DNA of 64,000 nucleotides. Origin: Myxococcales bacterium. GTDB lineage: Bacteria > Myxococcota > UBA727 > JABDBI01. The position numbers and the translations under genes were made by a program. Numbering within the stretch: position 1 is the first letter of the stretch; each line of letters starts with the position of its first letter. Positions 1 through 9,676 of this stretch are shown in pieces. The notes under the pieces are model-generated. The model searched no databases and was not told where the DNA came from. It saw only the letters and a list, made by a program, of their open reading frames with translations. The stretch is taken from the NCBI GenBank assembly GCA_023898405.1, contig CP060221.1, positions 2,322,481-2,386,480 on the forward strand. Direction: 5' to 3'.

Positions 1-449
1 TACTATTCCTCCGCCCACATTAAAATCGACTGAATAACATGTGATTTCGGCTGAATTGGGGGGGCTTGCTAGAGCAGAAATTCTCGCTTCATTTTGAAGA
101 ACTTCTACGTATTTTTTAAAATGCGACCAGGTGTAATTGGTGGTTTTAAGCTCATAGTAGCTATTTTTTCCTTCAGAAACTTTCTTGCAGTAAACAGAAC
201 GCCTTTTAGAATTAAAAAAGGAGTATCTCGAAAAACCGTCCGCGCAATTCTGGTAACCCCATCTCTTTAATCGTAAAGCTTCGAAAAGTTTCTCACTGAT
301 TTTAATGTGGGATGTACATTTTTTGCTGCTGCCTTGTATTTCATAAACAGCATTGAGATCGAGATCTATGATAGAGGAGCCCTGCTGAAAATCTTGAGCA
401 AAAAGTGGGAAAACAAAAGAGATCACGAAGAGAGTATTGATTAAATATT
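1..449 (-). CDS. Partial hypothetical secreted protein. N-terminus is in the window (probable GTG start at 449-447); the C-terminus runs off the window start.
   Basis: Manual reverse translation of 1-449 gives an uninterrupted frame MKYLINTLFVISFVFPLFAQDF... with a signal-peptide-like N-terminus. There is a GGAG about 9 nt upstream of the GTG. The ORF track omits it because there is no ATG start. Confidence 0.3.
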
Positions 450-631
450 TCACAAGCTCGGCTCCAAAAAATTAAAATGACTGCATCTACACAGCATTTT
501 GGCATTTGCCTCGATGCTGTGAATTATTGTACAAAGTCAATTTTGAGAAGCCCTTTTATTTTACTACCTCATCTTGGAAGTGAGTTTTCTTTAAATATAA
601 AAAATCATTTATTGCTGTATTTTGCCGTTTA

Positions 632-1513
632 TTAATCTCTATAACTCAGCATGAAATTTACTGATACTGCCTCGTGATCTGACAGAGGTTCATTATCTTT
701 GGTGACAAAGCGCTTGCTTTCTACTTTGTGGCTCAAGGGAGTAATACTCAATGTTTCGGAGGAACGAAAGAATATTTTATCGATTCTTTCGTGAGATGAA
801 GAACCGAGTGTTACCCATGCATCCCTAAGTCCCGTGCTTAAAAGAAATTCTTCCAATGGACTATTTTCGTCAGAGTAAAGGCTGTTGGTATCTCCTGCTA
901 CAATCACGGCTTGATTTGTTGAACGTTGATTAATAAATTGCGCTAATTGGCGAAAGTTTGATAAGCGAGCTTTTTTATCTTTTCTGTGAGAACCCGCATC
1001 AGCATGAAGATTGTAGATATGCACATAATAATTGTTTGATATTTTATGCGATGCAAATGAAAACCCTTTAGTGGTAAGGCAATCTGAAGAGCGCATTAAA
1101 TAACCAGAACATTTTTTCCATGTAACTCGTTTGAGCTCAAGAAATGGAATTTGGGAAAGACGATTAAGACCATCGCCCAGTCCAACTAAACAATGCCAAG
1201 CATTAAAGCCAAAATGATGTCCTCCTTTGCTGAAGACGTCGCAATCGGGTTTTGAAAGATATCTATGGCGGGAGCGAGAAATTAAATCGCGGTGATAGAT
1301 GAAATCTTCTTGTACCAAAACGACGTCGAATTCATTCAGCAACGGACTTATAAGCTTTGTGTAACGCTTAGGGTGAGATTGAGAAATAAAATCTGGCAAT
1401 CCTGCGACATTGTAGCTCAGTACTGAAATTTTTTTTGTATTTTCACGAGCATGAACATGCAGGCAAATTGTTAGAAAAAATGAAAGGCAAAAAATATATT
1501 TTCCATTGAGCAT
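632..1513 (-). CDS. Secreted endonuclease/exonuclease/phosphatase (EEP) family hydrolase (sphingomyelinase/nuclease-like).
   Basis: N-terminal signal peptide. EEP-type motifs are present (VLSYNVAG..., LVQED, VIVAGDTNS, SDHEAV). A paralog lies at 40626-41474. Confidence 0.55.
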   Translation of the reverse strand: MLNGKYIFCLSFFLTICLHVHARENTKKISVLSYNVAGLPDFISQSHPKRYTKLISPLLNEFDVVLVQEDFIYHRDLISRSRHRYLSKPDCDVFSKGGHHFGFNAWHCLVGLGDGLNRLSQIPFLELKRVTWKKCSGYLMRSSDCLTTKGFSFASHKISNNYYVHIYNLHADAGSHRKDKKARLSNFRQLAQFINQRSTNQAVIVAGDTNSLYSDENSPLEEFLLSTGLRDAWVTLGSSSHERIDKIFFRSSETLSITPLSHKVESKRFVTKDNEPLSDHEAVSVNFMLSYRD

Positions 1514-1662
1514 TTTAGTTCTCCCCTTGATGCCAGCAATTGACGGTGCAGGGGGTTATATCCAGATCTGCTCATTATGTTTAAAAAAGAAAAACCAAGC
1601 AAAAGCTCCAGGCCTGCTTGGCTAAAAGAAATGTTGCTGGGTATAGAAAAATAATCAGCTTT

Positions 1663-2274
1663 TCAGGCTATGCTCCGTCTGATCTCGATGACTTTTCCCA
1701 AAATATGTACGCGTTCTGCATCAAGTTCTAAAATTTTAAAATCATTATTTTCTGGGATAAGGCGAATAAGGCTGCCAATTTTTTCAAATCGCTTAACGGT
1801 AGCTTCTTCTCCATCAATTAGAGCAACTACAATATCATTATTTTTAACAGAAGCTGTTTTGTCAGCGATAACGATATCATTACTTTTGATGTGTGCTTTT
1901 ATCATACTTTCGCCCACAACCCTAAGAGCAAAAAGTTCTTTGGTCGCTGGAAGTTCACTCGTAATGTGTTCTTCAATATTTTCATGGGCTAGAATAGGCA
2001 AGCCTGCCGATACGCGACCAAGCACTGGGATCTGAAGATGATTACAAAGGCTTTGTTTCACTTTTTCTGAAAGGCGCCAGGTGCGACCAGCTCGGGCTTG
2101 ATGCACCAGATAACCCTTTTTTTTAAGAGCGAGGAGATGTTCGTAAGCAGTAGCTTTATTAATTCCGAGCTCTTTAGCCAAGTCTGAGATTGATGGTGGC
2201 ACTTGATAGGTGTTCCAATAAGCTTCTAAGGTAGATAGGACTCTTTTTTGCTTTTCGGTAAGTTCGCGTGCCAT
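1663..2274 (-). CDS. lexA: LexA transcriptional repressor (SOS regulator).
   Basis: N-terminal winged HTH (LTEKQKRVLSTL...). Ala-Gly autocleavage site (VSAGLP). S24 peptidase Ser/Lys dyad context (VGESM...ADKT). Start placed at MAREL (2274), which has a GGAGG 5 nt upstream; the ORF track begins 9 codons earlier. Confidence 0.85.
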   Translation of the reverse strand: MARELTEKQKRVLSTLEAYWNTYQVPPSISDLAKELGINKATAYEHLLALKKKGYLVHQARAGRTWRLSEKVKQSLCNHLQIPVLGRVSAGLPILAHENIEEHITSELPATKELFALRVVGESMIKAHIKSNDIVIADKTASVKNNDIVVALIDGEEATVKRFEKIGSLIRLIPENNDFKILELDAERVHILGKVIEIRRSIA

Positions 2275-2289
2275 GTATGCCTCCGTATT

Positions 2290-2300
2290 TGTGCGGCACA
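2290..2300. promoter_or_regulatory. Perfect 11-bp palindrome TGTGCGGCACA about 16 nt upstream of the lexA start. Candidate LexA operator for autoregulation.
   Basis: The palindrome is seen directly in the sequence. Position relative to the lexA RBS/start is typical of SOS boxes. The motif does not match the E. coli or Gram-positive consensus. Confidence 0.3.
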
Positions 2301-2392
2301 TAATAGCATGAATGAGTTAAAAAATGCCATATGAACATGGGTAAAAAGATGAAAAGAACAGAAAATTCAAATAGTAAGATTAGAAGAGTTTT

Positions 2393-3937
2393 TTAAAGTC
2401 CCAAATATTTATTGCTATGATCTTCGATTTCTTTAAAACGTAAGGCATCTTTGTGAAGCTCAATCCCGTAGGAGGGAACGATTTTCTTAAGCTTATTTCT
2501 CCATGAACGTTCAAACCTATCCTTAAAGCAGCGCGCAATAATATCGATGGCTATTTGAGCGGCTGTCGATGCTCCAGGGGATGCGCCTAAAAGAGCAATG
2601 ATGCTGCCATCCTGTGAGCCAACAAGTTCAGTGCCAAATTGTAAGATGCCACCTTTTTCTTGGTCGTCTTTGATAATTTGTACCCGTTGTCCGGCATTAG
2701 CAAGATGCCAATCTTTGATTTGGGCATTAGGAAAATATTCCCTCAATATTGCGATTCGTTCTTCTGGGGAAAGCCGCAGTTGCTTAATTAGGTATTTGGT
2801 TAAGTCCAGATTATGCCAGCCAGCTTCGAGCATGGGAATTATATTGTTGAAGCTCAAAGAAGAGAACATATCTGTCCATTGACCATTTTTTAAAAATTTT
2901 GTGGAAAAAGTCGCGAAAGGACCAAAAAGAAGCGAAGTTTTTCCGTCGATCACCCGCGTGTCAAGATGAGGAACTGACATGGGTGGAGCTCCAATGCTTG
3001 CTTTTCCGTACACTTTGGCATGATGGAGCTTAACAATATCGGGATTATTCGTTATAAGCCATTGTCCACCGACAGGAAATCCTCCATAGCCTTTTCCTTC
3101 AGCAATATTTGATTTTTGTAGAAGAGGCAGAGCTCCTCCTCCAGCTCCAATAAAAACGAACCGGGCTCTGAATGCTCTTTCTTCATTGTTAAAGAGATTT
3201 TTTACAACCACAGTCCAGGTTTTATCTTGGTTAGCTTTTAGGTTGACGATTTCATGCTTAAGATAAACACGCGTATTGGGACTTTTTTCTAGACTGTTGA
3301 TAAGTTCTCGTGTGAGCATGCCAAAATTGACGTCAGTACCCCGAGAGACGCGGGTAGCTGCAATTTTTTCTTTTGTATCCCGGCCTTCTAGTAAAAGAGG
3401 AGCCCACTTTTTTATTGTCTGAGGATCTTCAGAGTATTCCATCCCGGCGAAAAGCGGGATTTGTTTAAGAGCTTCAAATCTTTTCTTCAAAAAATCTACA
3501 TTTTCTGAGCCCTTAACAAAGCTGATGTGTGGCACAGGATAAATAAAATCCCTGGCAGTTAAATGCTTTTGTGAAACTTCGTATGCCCAAAATTGTTTTG
3601 AAACGAGAAAAGATTCGTTGATGCTAATGGCCTTTTTTATATCGATGGAACCATCGGCTCGCTCAGGTGTATAATTAAGTTCAGCAAACCCAGCATGCCC
3701 CGTACCTGCATTATTCCACGCAGCTGAACTTTCCATGGCTACTTGATCGAGTCTTTCGTAAAGCTCTATGGAAAGATCAGGATCAAATTCTCGTAGGAAA
3801 GTTCCTACAGTTGCACTCATGATCCCTCCTCCAATAAGCACGGCTCCCACAGTAGGGGTGTCGGGGGGTGTCTGTGGCACGCGATCGCATGAGAAATAAA
3901 TCAGACTCACTAAAACTAATAAAAAAAAGTTTTGCAT
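2393..3937 (-). CDS. mqo: Malate:quinone oxidoreductase.
   Basis: 514 aa. N-terminal FAD-binding GxGxxG (VLIGGGIMSATVG). Length and overall composition fit Mqo. Confidence 0.8.
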   Translation of the reverse strand: MQNFFLLVLVSLIYFSCDRVPQTPPDTPTVGAVLIGGGIMSATVGTFLREFDPDLSIELYERLDQVAMESSAAWNNAGTGHAGFAELNYTPERADGSIDIKKAISINESFLVSKQFWAYEVSQKHLTARDFIYPVPHISFVKGSENVDFLKKRFEALKQIPLFAGMEYSEDPQTIKKWAPLLLEGRDTKEKIAATRVSRGTDVNFGMLTRELINSLEKSPNTRVYLKHEIVNLKANQDKTWTVVVKNLFNNEERAFRARFVFIGAGGGALPLLQKSNIAEGKGYGGFPVGGQWLITNNPDIVKLHHAKVYGKASIGAPPMSVPHLDTRVIDGKTSLLFGPFATFSTKFLKNGQWTDMFSSLSFNNIIPMLEAGWHNLDLTKYLIKQLRLSPEERIAILREYFPNAQIKDWHLANAGQRVQIIKDDQEKGGILQFGTELVGSQDGSIIALLGASPGASTAAQIAIDIIARCFKDRFERSWRNKLKKIVPSYGIELHKDALRFKEIEDHSNKYLGL

Positions 3938-4144
3938 ATTATTCTCGAATTCTCACTATTACCTAACAAAACGGCAAAGAGGCTGCATGTTTTTTCTATC
4001 CTGTTGAATTAAAAGCAAAAAAACAGATAGTTTTTGGGGTATAACTCATTTTTGTCCTGCTAACAAAAGACACTTGATAAATATTTATCAAAACTCCCCT
4101 TGTTAGTTTTTTAAATTGCATTAAGAGGAAACTATAGAACTTTT

Positions 4145-4219
4145 GGGCCCGTAGCTCAGCGGTAGAGCATTCGGCTCATAACCGACAGCGCGCTGGTTCG
4201 AATCCGGCCGGGCCCACCA
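4145..4219 (+). tRNA. tRNA-Met (anticodon CAU); an elongator Met or Ile2-lysidine type.
   Basis: Cloverleaf folded by hand. Acceptor GGGCCCG/CGGGCCC, anticodon loop CTCATAA, T-arm GGTTCGAATCC, 3' CCA encoded. G1-C72 argues against an initiator tRNA. Confidence 0.8.
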
Positions 4220-4281
4220 ATATTTGAAGGTGGCAATTAATTTGTTTTGGTGCCCAAAAGTTGAGCTTTTGAGGTTTATAA

Positions 4282-5004
4282 ATGAACACCAATGAACAAC
4301 TATCTCTAATTGCCGAAATCTGTCAGCACGATTTGAAAATGGCCGAAGTTAGAAAAAATCTAGCTCGCCTGAACAAAGATTCCGATCAAGCAAAGAAGAA
4401 TGCGCAAGAACTCGAGGCGGCTATTAATAGCATGACTGGCACGAGAGATGGGGCAATGAAGCAACGCAAAGCCCTGGATGAAAAGCTACAATTGGAAAAG
4501 TCTAATCTAAGAAAATGGGAAGCACGAGCTGAAAAAATTAAAGGTGAGCGCGAATATACGGCATTGATGAGTGAAATTTCCAGTCAAAAACGAACAATCA
4601 GCGGTGTCGAAGCTGAAATGGCTGAACTTGCCAGTGAGATCAAAGCAAGCGAAGAAAAAATGAATAAAGCGACAGGGGCTCATGAAGAAAATGTCGAACG
4701 CGCAAAACATGCCTTCGAGGAAGTTAAAGAGCTTCTTTTTGACGAGGAAAAGCACCTGGAAACGGTAGCTCAGGCTAAGGAAAAGCTTCTTGAAAAATTG
4801 CCGTCTACAATAAAAACACGATATGAGCGTATCTACAAGAGTCGTATGCAGCAAGGAATAGCATTTGTGCGCAATGAAGTCTGCCAGGCATGTCAAAGGA
4901 CAATACCTGCCGAACTCTATATAAAAGTTTGCAAAGGTGAAGTTATTGAGCAATGTCCTTCTTGTCAAAGAATTTTGGTTTCTGATTTTGCGCTAGAAAA
5001 TTAA
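4282..5004 (+). CDS. Coiled-coil protein with C-terminal C4 zinc ribbon (DUF164 / HP0958-like).
   Basis: Long charged coiled-coil region followed by CQACQ...CPSCQ at the C-terminus. Confidence 0.5.
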   Translation: MNTNEQLSLIAEICQHDLKMAEVRKNLARLNKDSDQAKKNAQELEAAINSMTGTRDGAMKQRKALDEKLQLEKSNLRKWEARAEKIKGEREYTALMSEISSQKRTISGVEAEMAELASEIKASEEKMNKATGAHEENVERAKHAFEEVKELLFDEEKHLETVAQAKEKLLEKLPSTIKTRYERIYKSRMQQGIAFVRNEVCQACQRTIPAELYIKVCKGEVIEQCPSCQRILVSDFALEN

Positions 5005-5037
5005 CCTGGAAGCCGCGCGTCTTTTCCATTTTTTCTT

Positions 5038-6270
5038 TTGAATAATGTGAGGAAGCTTATGCCTTTTTACGACCAGGAAATATTTGATTTAATAAGCCTT
5101 GAAAAAAAACGTCAGCTTCATTGTCTCTCTCTTATTGCAAGTGAAAATATAGTCTCTCAAGAGGTGCGCCAAGCAGTTGGTAGCGAATTGACCAATAAAT
5201 ATGCGGAAGGCTATCCGGGTAAACGCTATTATGGTGGATGTGACATCCATGATCAGATTGAGAGTTTAGCGATTGTTCGTGCTCAAAAATTATTTTCTGC
5301 TGAGCATGTCAACGTACAGCCCCATTCAGGATCAAATGCCAATATGGCAGCTTTGTTTACTCTGGCACAACATGGCGATTCGATTTTGGCAATGGATCTC
5401 AACCACGGCGGGCATCTCACTCATGGGTCAAGAGTAAATTTTTCAGGCAAGTGGTTTAATATTGTTGGCTATGGAGTAAGACGCGATGACCAGCATATCG
5501 ATTATGAAATGGTGCAAAAACTCGCGTTTGAACATAAACCAAAGGTAATTATTGCAGGTGCATCAGCCTATAGTAGAACTATTGATTTTGAGCGTTTTCG
5601 CAGCATAGCCGATGAAGTAGGGGCAGCATTTTTGGTGGATATGGCTCATATTGCAGGTCTTATTGCTACAGGTCTGCACCCATCACCTTTTCCCCACGCT
5701 GATATTGTCACAACTACAACTCACAAGACCCTACGAGGCCCTCGTGGTGGCATGATTTTGTGCAAGGAAAGCTATGCCAAAAAAGTAAATAGTTGGGTGT
5801 TTCCCGGTTTGCAGGGAGGGCCGTTAATGCATGAAATTGCAGGTAAAGCCGTGTGCTTCAAAGAGGCCTTATTGCCAAGTTTTGCAGATTATCAAAAACA
5901 AGTGGTGGCAAACTGTCAGCGCCTTGCCGAAATTTTTTTAAGTGCTGGCATTAAACTTGTTTCTGGTGGCACTGATAATCATTTGCTTTTGCTTGATGTA
6001 ACAAGCCTTGGACTTAATGGTCAAGAGGCGGAAGCAGCGCTCGATGAAATCGGCATTGTTGCTAACAAGAATAAGATCCCTTTTGATGAAAAACCTGCCA
6101 CTATTACCAGTGGGCTCCGTTTGGGTACCGCATCTATTACGACGAGAGGAATGGGTCTAAGAGAAATAGATGAGATTGGGCAGATTATTCTGGATCGACT
6201 GAGGAACAATGCCAACAGCAAATTATTGAAGGATAAAGTCGAAAAGCTTGCCTCTAAGTTTGTGGCCTAA
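5038..6270 (+). CDS. glyA: Serine hydroxymethyltransferase.
   Basis: PLP-lysine motif [14 protein letters not shown] and overall SHMT colinearity. True start may be the MPFYDQ methionine a few codons in. Confidence 0.9.
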   Translation: MNNVRKLMPFYDQEIFDLISLEKKRQLHCLSLIASENIVSQEVRQAVGSELTNKYAEGYPGKRYYGGCDIHDQIESLAIVRAQKLFSAEHVNVQPHSGSNANMAALFTLAQHGDSILAMDLNHGGHLTHGSRVNFSGKWFNIVGYGVRRDDQHIDYEMVQKLAFEHKPKVIIAGASAYSRTIDFERFRSIADEVGAAFLVDMAHIAGLIATGLHPSPFPHADIVTTTTHKTLRGPRGGMILCKESYAKKVNSWVFPGLQGGPLMHEIAGKAVCFKEALLPSFADYQKQVVANCQRLAEIFLSAGIKLVSGGTDNHLLLLDVTSLGLNGQEAEAALDEIGIVANKNKIPFDEKPATITSGLRLGTASITTRGMGLREIDEIGQIILDRLRNNANSKLLKDKVEKLASKFVA

Positions 6271-6280
6271 AGGGATCTTT

Positions 6281-7162
6281 ATGAAGCGACGATTAGTAAG
6301 TATCGACGATCTATCAATGAGCGACATTAGTCGCCTTTTTTTTGAGCTGAGATACAAACAGGATGCTTGCAGGCTTCCTCGTGCTCCTATAGTGATGATC
6401 TATTTTTTAGAGTCATCCACTCGAACTCATATAAGTTTTGAGATGGCAGCCGCAAAATTGGGTGCGAAAGTAATCAGTTTCAATTCATCGACATCGTCTC
6501 TTAATAAAGGCGAAAGCTGGTTTGAAAGTTTATTGACACTTGATGCTATGGGGCCAGACGTAATTATTACCCGGACTCCGTTTTTGTTGGAGGAAAACAC
6601 GGTTGAGCAAATTCAGGCAGCGATCATCAATGGGGGCGATGGGTGTAATGAACATCCTACGCAAGCTTTACTTGATTGTTATACATTGCTTGAGCACTTT
6701 GATTGTGAGGATTTGGATGGAAAAAATATTTTGATTGTGGGAGATATCCTGCACAGTCGAGTAGCTCATTCAAATATCAAACTTTTTCAAAAGTTTAAAG
6801 CCAAACTAAGCCTGCTTGCTCCGCCGATTTTTTCTAAGGAAATGTACGGATGCAAACACTATTCAAGTTTTAGTGATGTGGATCACAAAAAATTTGATGC
6901 TGTTATGGTGCTTAGAATTCAAAAAGAACGACTAGAGCGTGAGATCGGTATGAGTGATCAAGATTATTTTTGGCATTTTGGAATGAGCGAAGAACGGTTC
7001 TCAAAAATGGCTGATCATTGTGTGTTACTTCATCCCGGACCTATGAATAACAAAGTAGAAATAGATGGAAATCTACGAGGACATATCCGCTCATTGATCT
7101 CTAAACAGGTTGAAAATGGAGTTTTGGTGCGAAAGAAATTGCTAGAACAATTTTTTATCTAA
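6281..7162 (+). CDS. pyrB: Aspartate carbamoyltransferase catalytic chain.
   Basis: STRTR motif (ESSTRTH), HPTQ motif, and LHPGP (HPLP-like). Start placed at MKRRLVS; the ORF track starts at 6248. No pyrI follows. Confidence 0.8.
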   Translation: MKRRLVSIDDLSMSDISRLFFELRYKQDACRLPRAPIVMIYFLESSTRTHISFEMAAAKLGAKVISFNSSTSSLNKGESWFESLLTLDAMGPDVIITRTPFLLEENTVEQIQAAIINGGDGCNEHPTQALLDCYTLLEHFDCEDLDGKNILIVGDILHSRVAHSNIKLFQKFKAKLSLLAPPIFSKEMYGCKHYSSFSDVDHKKFDAVMVLRIQKERLEREIGMSDQDYFWHFGMSEERFSKMADHCVLLHPGPMNNKVEIDGNLRGHIRSLISKQVENGVLVRKKLLEQFFI

Positions 7163-7173
7163 AGGGGAGAGTT

Positions 7174-8379
7174 ATGAAAAATCCAGGTTATTTAGTTCTG
7201 GCAGACGGAACTATTTTTAATGGAACAATTAGCGGGGAGTTAGCAAAAATATCAGGAGAAGTAGTATTTTCCACTGCAATGACTGGCTATGCAGAAATTT
7301 TAAGTGACCCATCTTTCTTTGGACAAATTGTAGTATTAGCGAATCCGGAGATTGGTAACTATGGAGTCAACCTCAACGATATTCAATCTTGTGGAGTCAA
7401 GGTCAGAGCGCTTGTAGTAAAAAAATTATCGAGCCGAGCCTCATCATTTCGTTCTCATATGACCTTATCTGACTGGCTTATGCGCGAGAAGATTCCAATT
7501 ATTGAAGGGATCGATACAAGGGCATTAATCGCGCACATTAGAGAGAAAGGCGCCATGATGGGTATAGTGACCCATAAAAAAGATTCCTGCCTAGAGGCAT
7601 TAGTAGAAGAGGTAAAGAATTTGCCTCCTATGGCTAACACCCGACTTTCACCCATGGTGTCGGTAAAAACCGCTACCCATGTGGCTGAAAATTTATTGAG
7701 TATTGACGATCAACCCATTAAAGGTAGTGACAAAAAGTTTAAGGTTGTTGTTTTAGATTTTGGCATCAAAAAGGAATTAATTCGCTATTTAGAGCATGTT
7801 GGATGCTCAATTATTTTATTGCCCTCTGATGCGCGTATTGAAGAAATATGGGCTCATCAACCAGACGGAATATTTTTAAGCAATGGACCCGGCGATCCGC
7901 ATACAGAGACCATAGCAGTAAATACGGTCAGGGCATTACTTGCTAAAATTCCAATTTTCGGTGTTTGCATGGGGCATCAAGTATTAGCTCAAGCATTGGG
8001 AATGCAGACATATAAACTCAAGTTTGGTCACCGTGGAAGCAATCAGTCGGTAAAATTAAGCGATGGCTCTGTTATTATGACTGCGCAAAATCATGGTTTT
8101 GCTGTGAAAGTTGGTGAAGCTCCATCATATTCAGACATCAATTTGTCTGATGGAAGTAATGAAGGAATTGATCGCCCAAATTACTTTGCTTTTTCTGTTC
8201 AATTTCATCCTGAGGGAGCACCTGGTCCTAAAGATGCCCTAAATTCTTTTACAAAATTTACTCGCTACATGGAACAATGGAAGAAAAAGACGCTATCTGA
8301 TAGTTGTCCTTCGGCAAAAAACAATGTTTCTTTTAGGGATTGTGAATTTGTTGAAGATCGGGACCAAAGTCGCGCATAG
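7174..8379 (+). CDS. carA: Carbamoyl-phosphate synthase small (glutaminase) subunit.
   Basis: Class I GATase catalytic triad context GVCMGHQ and HPE. N-terminal CPSase small-chain domain. The ~30-aa C-terminal extension may be a read-through artifact. No carB is adjacent. Confidence 0.8.
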   Translation: MKNPGYLVLADGTIFNGTISGELAKISGEVVFSTAMTGYAEILSDPSFFGQIVVLANPEIGNYGVNLNDIQSCGVKVRALVVKKLSSRASSFRSHMTLSDWLMREKIPIIEGIDTRALIAHIREKGAMMGIVTHKKDSCLEALVEEVKNLPPMANTRLSPMVSVKTATHVAENLLSIDDQPIKGSDKKFKVVVLDFGIKKELIRYLEHVGCSIILLPSDARIEEIWAHQPDGIFLSNGPGDPHTETIAVNTVRALLAKIPIFGVCMGHQVLAQALGMQTYKLKFGHRGSNQSVKLSDGSVIMTAQNHGFAVKVGEAPSYSDINLSDGSNEGIDRPNYFAFSVQFHPEGAPGPKDALNSFTKFTRYMEQWKKKTLSDSCPSAKNNVSFRDCEFVEDRDQSRA

Positions 8380-9652
8380 ATATATTATTCGCCACCACCT
8401 TGCTCAAGGGGGAATGGCAGAGATTTATTTGGCCCAACCTGTTGGTGATGAAGAAACGCTGGTTGTGTTAAAGCGCTTAAAAAATAATTTTTTGGCTCAT
8501 GATAAGGCTATCAGATTATTTTTTGCCGAGTCTAGGTTGATCACACAAATGAGTCACCCGTACATCGTTCGCGGTTTTGAATTTATAAGCGAAAATGAAA
8601 ATAAATTTATTGTTATGGAGTACATCGTTGGAAGGTCTGTCCGACATTTTGCTTATCAAGATCTAAATTTTGATTTTCGCATGCATCTCGCTTTGGTTGT
8701 GGGGATAGAAGTCTCTGAAGCGCTTATCTATGCTTATAATTTTAAAGGGGAAGACGGACAACAACTCAGGCTCGTACACAAAGATATTTCACCACAAAAT
8801 ATTATTGTTTCAAGCAAGGGCTGTATTAAGATAATTGATTTCGGAGTAGCGCAAACAAGTTTACACCAAGGCGAAAACGATGAAATATTGCACGGCAATT
8901 TATTTTTTATGTCGCCGGAACAGCAAAGGGGAGAGCAACTCTCTCAAGCAAGTGATGTTTATTCCCTCGCGTTGGTTATGCTTGAGGTGTTGAGCGGAAA
9001 AAAATGTTGCGGCTATGATGAAAACCAAGTGTTACCAGCTTTCTTATTAAAAGATGAAAATGGTCAAAAGCTTTTTAACCTTTTAAAAAAAGCTCTCGCC
9101 CACGAAGTTAGCAATAGAATTGATGAATGTGAGAAATTTGTTAAGCACTTATACAAGATAAAAAAAACTCTAGGGATTGATGAAAAAAACATACTAAAGC
9201 AATCTCTGTACCACTCTTTGGTGCAACAGAAAGATGAAAAGAATATATTTGTTTTGCTAAAAAGTAGGATAAGAAAAATTGCGTTATTTACTGCGGCATT
9301 ATTTGCAGCGGTCTTTGTTTTTTTTGTCTTTGTTGATGGTTTGCTTAGAGAAAAATCCTTCATCGTGAGTCCAGTAGTGCAATATACGCCTTTTAAACCG
9401 ATTGAAAAAAATAAATTCAGTTCATTTAAAAACTCCAATTTGCGAGCAACGGGGAAATTAAAGGTGTTGGTGCATCCATGGACTGAAGTCTATATCGATG
9501 AAGAATTTTTAGGAATAACTCCAATGAGTGATATATATCTGCCGCCAGGGGATTATATTGTTCGATTGCAAAACCACAATTATTCATCCATTGCACTTCG
9601 CAAGGTTAGGATTTACGCCGAAAGAGAAAGCGAGCTTGTTCATAATTTTTAA
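8324..9652 (+). CDS. Ser/Thr protein kinase with a transmembrane segment and C-terminal PEGA domain.
   Basis: Kinase subdomains are present: GGMAEIY, VLKRLK (VAIK), HKDISPQN (HRD-like), DFG, SPE. A hydrophobic TM follows (AALFAAVFVFFVFV). The C-terminus has the PEGA-like LKVLVHPWTEVYIDEEFLGITP...PGDYIVRL. The ORF overlaps the carA 3' end by 56 nt, so the true start may be an in-frame GTG/TTG slightly downstream. Confidence 0.75.
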   Translation: MFLLGIVNLLKIGTKVAHRYIIRHHLAQGGMAEIYLAQPVGDEETLVVLKRLKNNFLAHDKAIRLFFAESRLITQMSHPYIVRGFEFISENENKFIVMEYIVGRSVRHFAYQDLNFDFRMHLALVVGIEVSEALIYAYNFKGEDGQQLRLVHKDISPQNIIVSSKGCIKIIDFGVAQTSLHQGENDEILHGNLFFMSPEQQRGEQLSQASDVYSLALVMLEVLSGKKCCGYDENQVLPAFLLKDENGQKLFNLLKKALAHEVSNRIDECEKFVKHLYKIKKTLGIDEKNILKQSLYHSLVQQKDEKNIFVLLKSRIRKIALFTAALFAAVFVFFVFVDGLLREKSFIVSPVVQYTPFKPIEKNKFSSFKNSNLRATGKLKVLVHPWTEVYIDEEFLGITPMSDIYLPPGDYIVRLQNHNYSSIALRKVRIYAERESELVHNF

Positions 9653-9676
9653 CATTAGCCTAAGGGTGTCAAAAGC

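Noticed and set aside
2598-2882. 94-aa plus-strand ORF inside mqo, and a 121-aa plus-strand ORF inside lexA.
   Set aside because: Antisense to well-supported conserved genes.
4507-4968. 153-aa antisense ORF inside the zinc-ribbon coiled-coil gene.
   Set aside because: Low-complexity antisense of a Glu/Lys-rich gene. No RBS and no signal.
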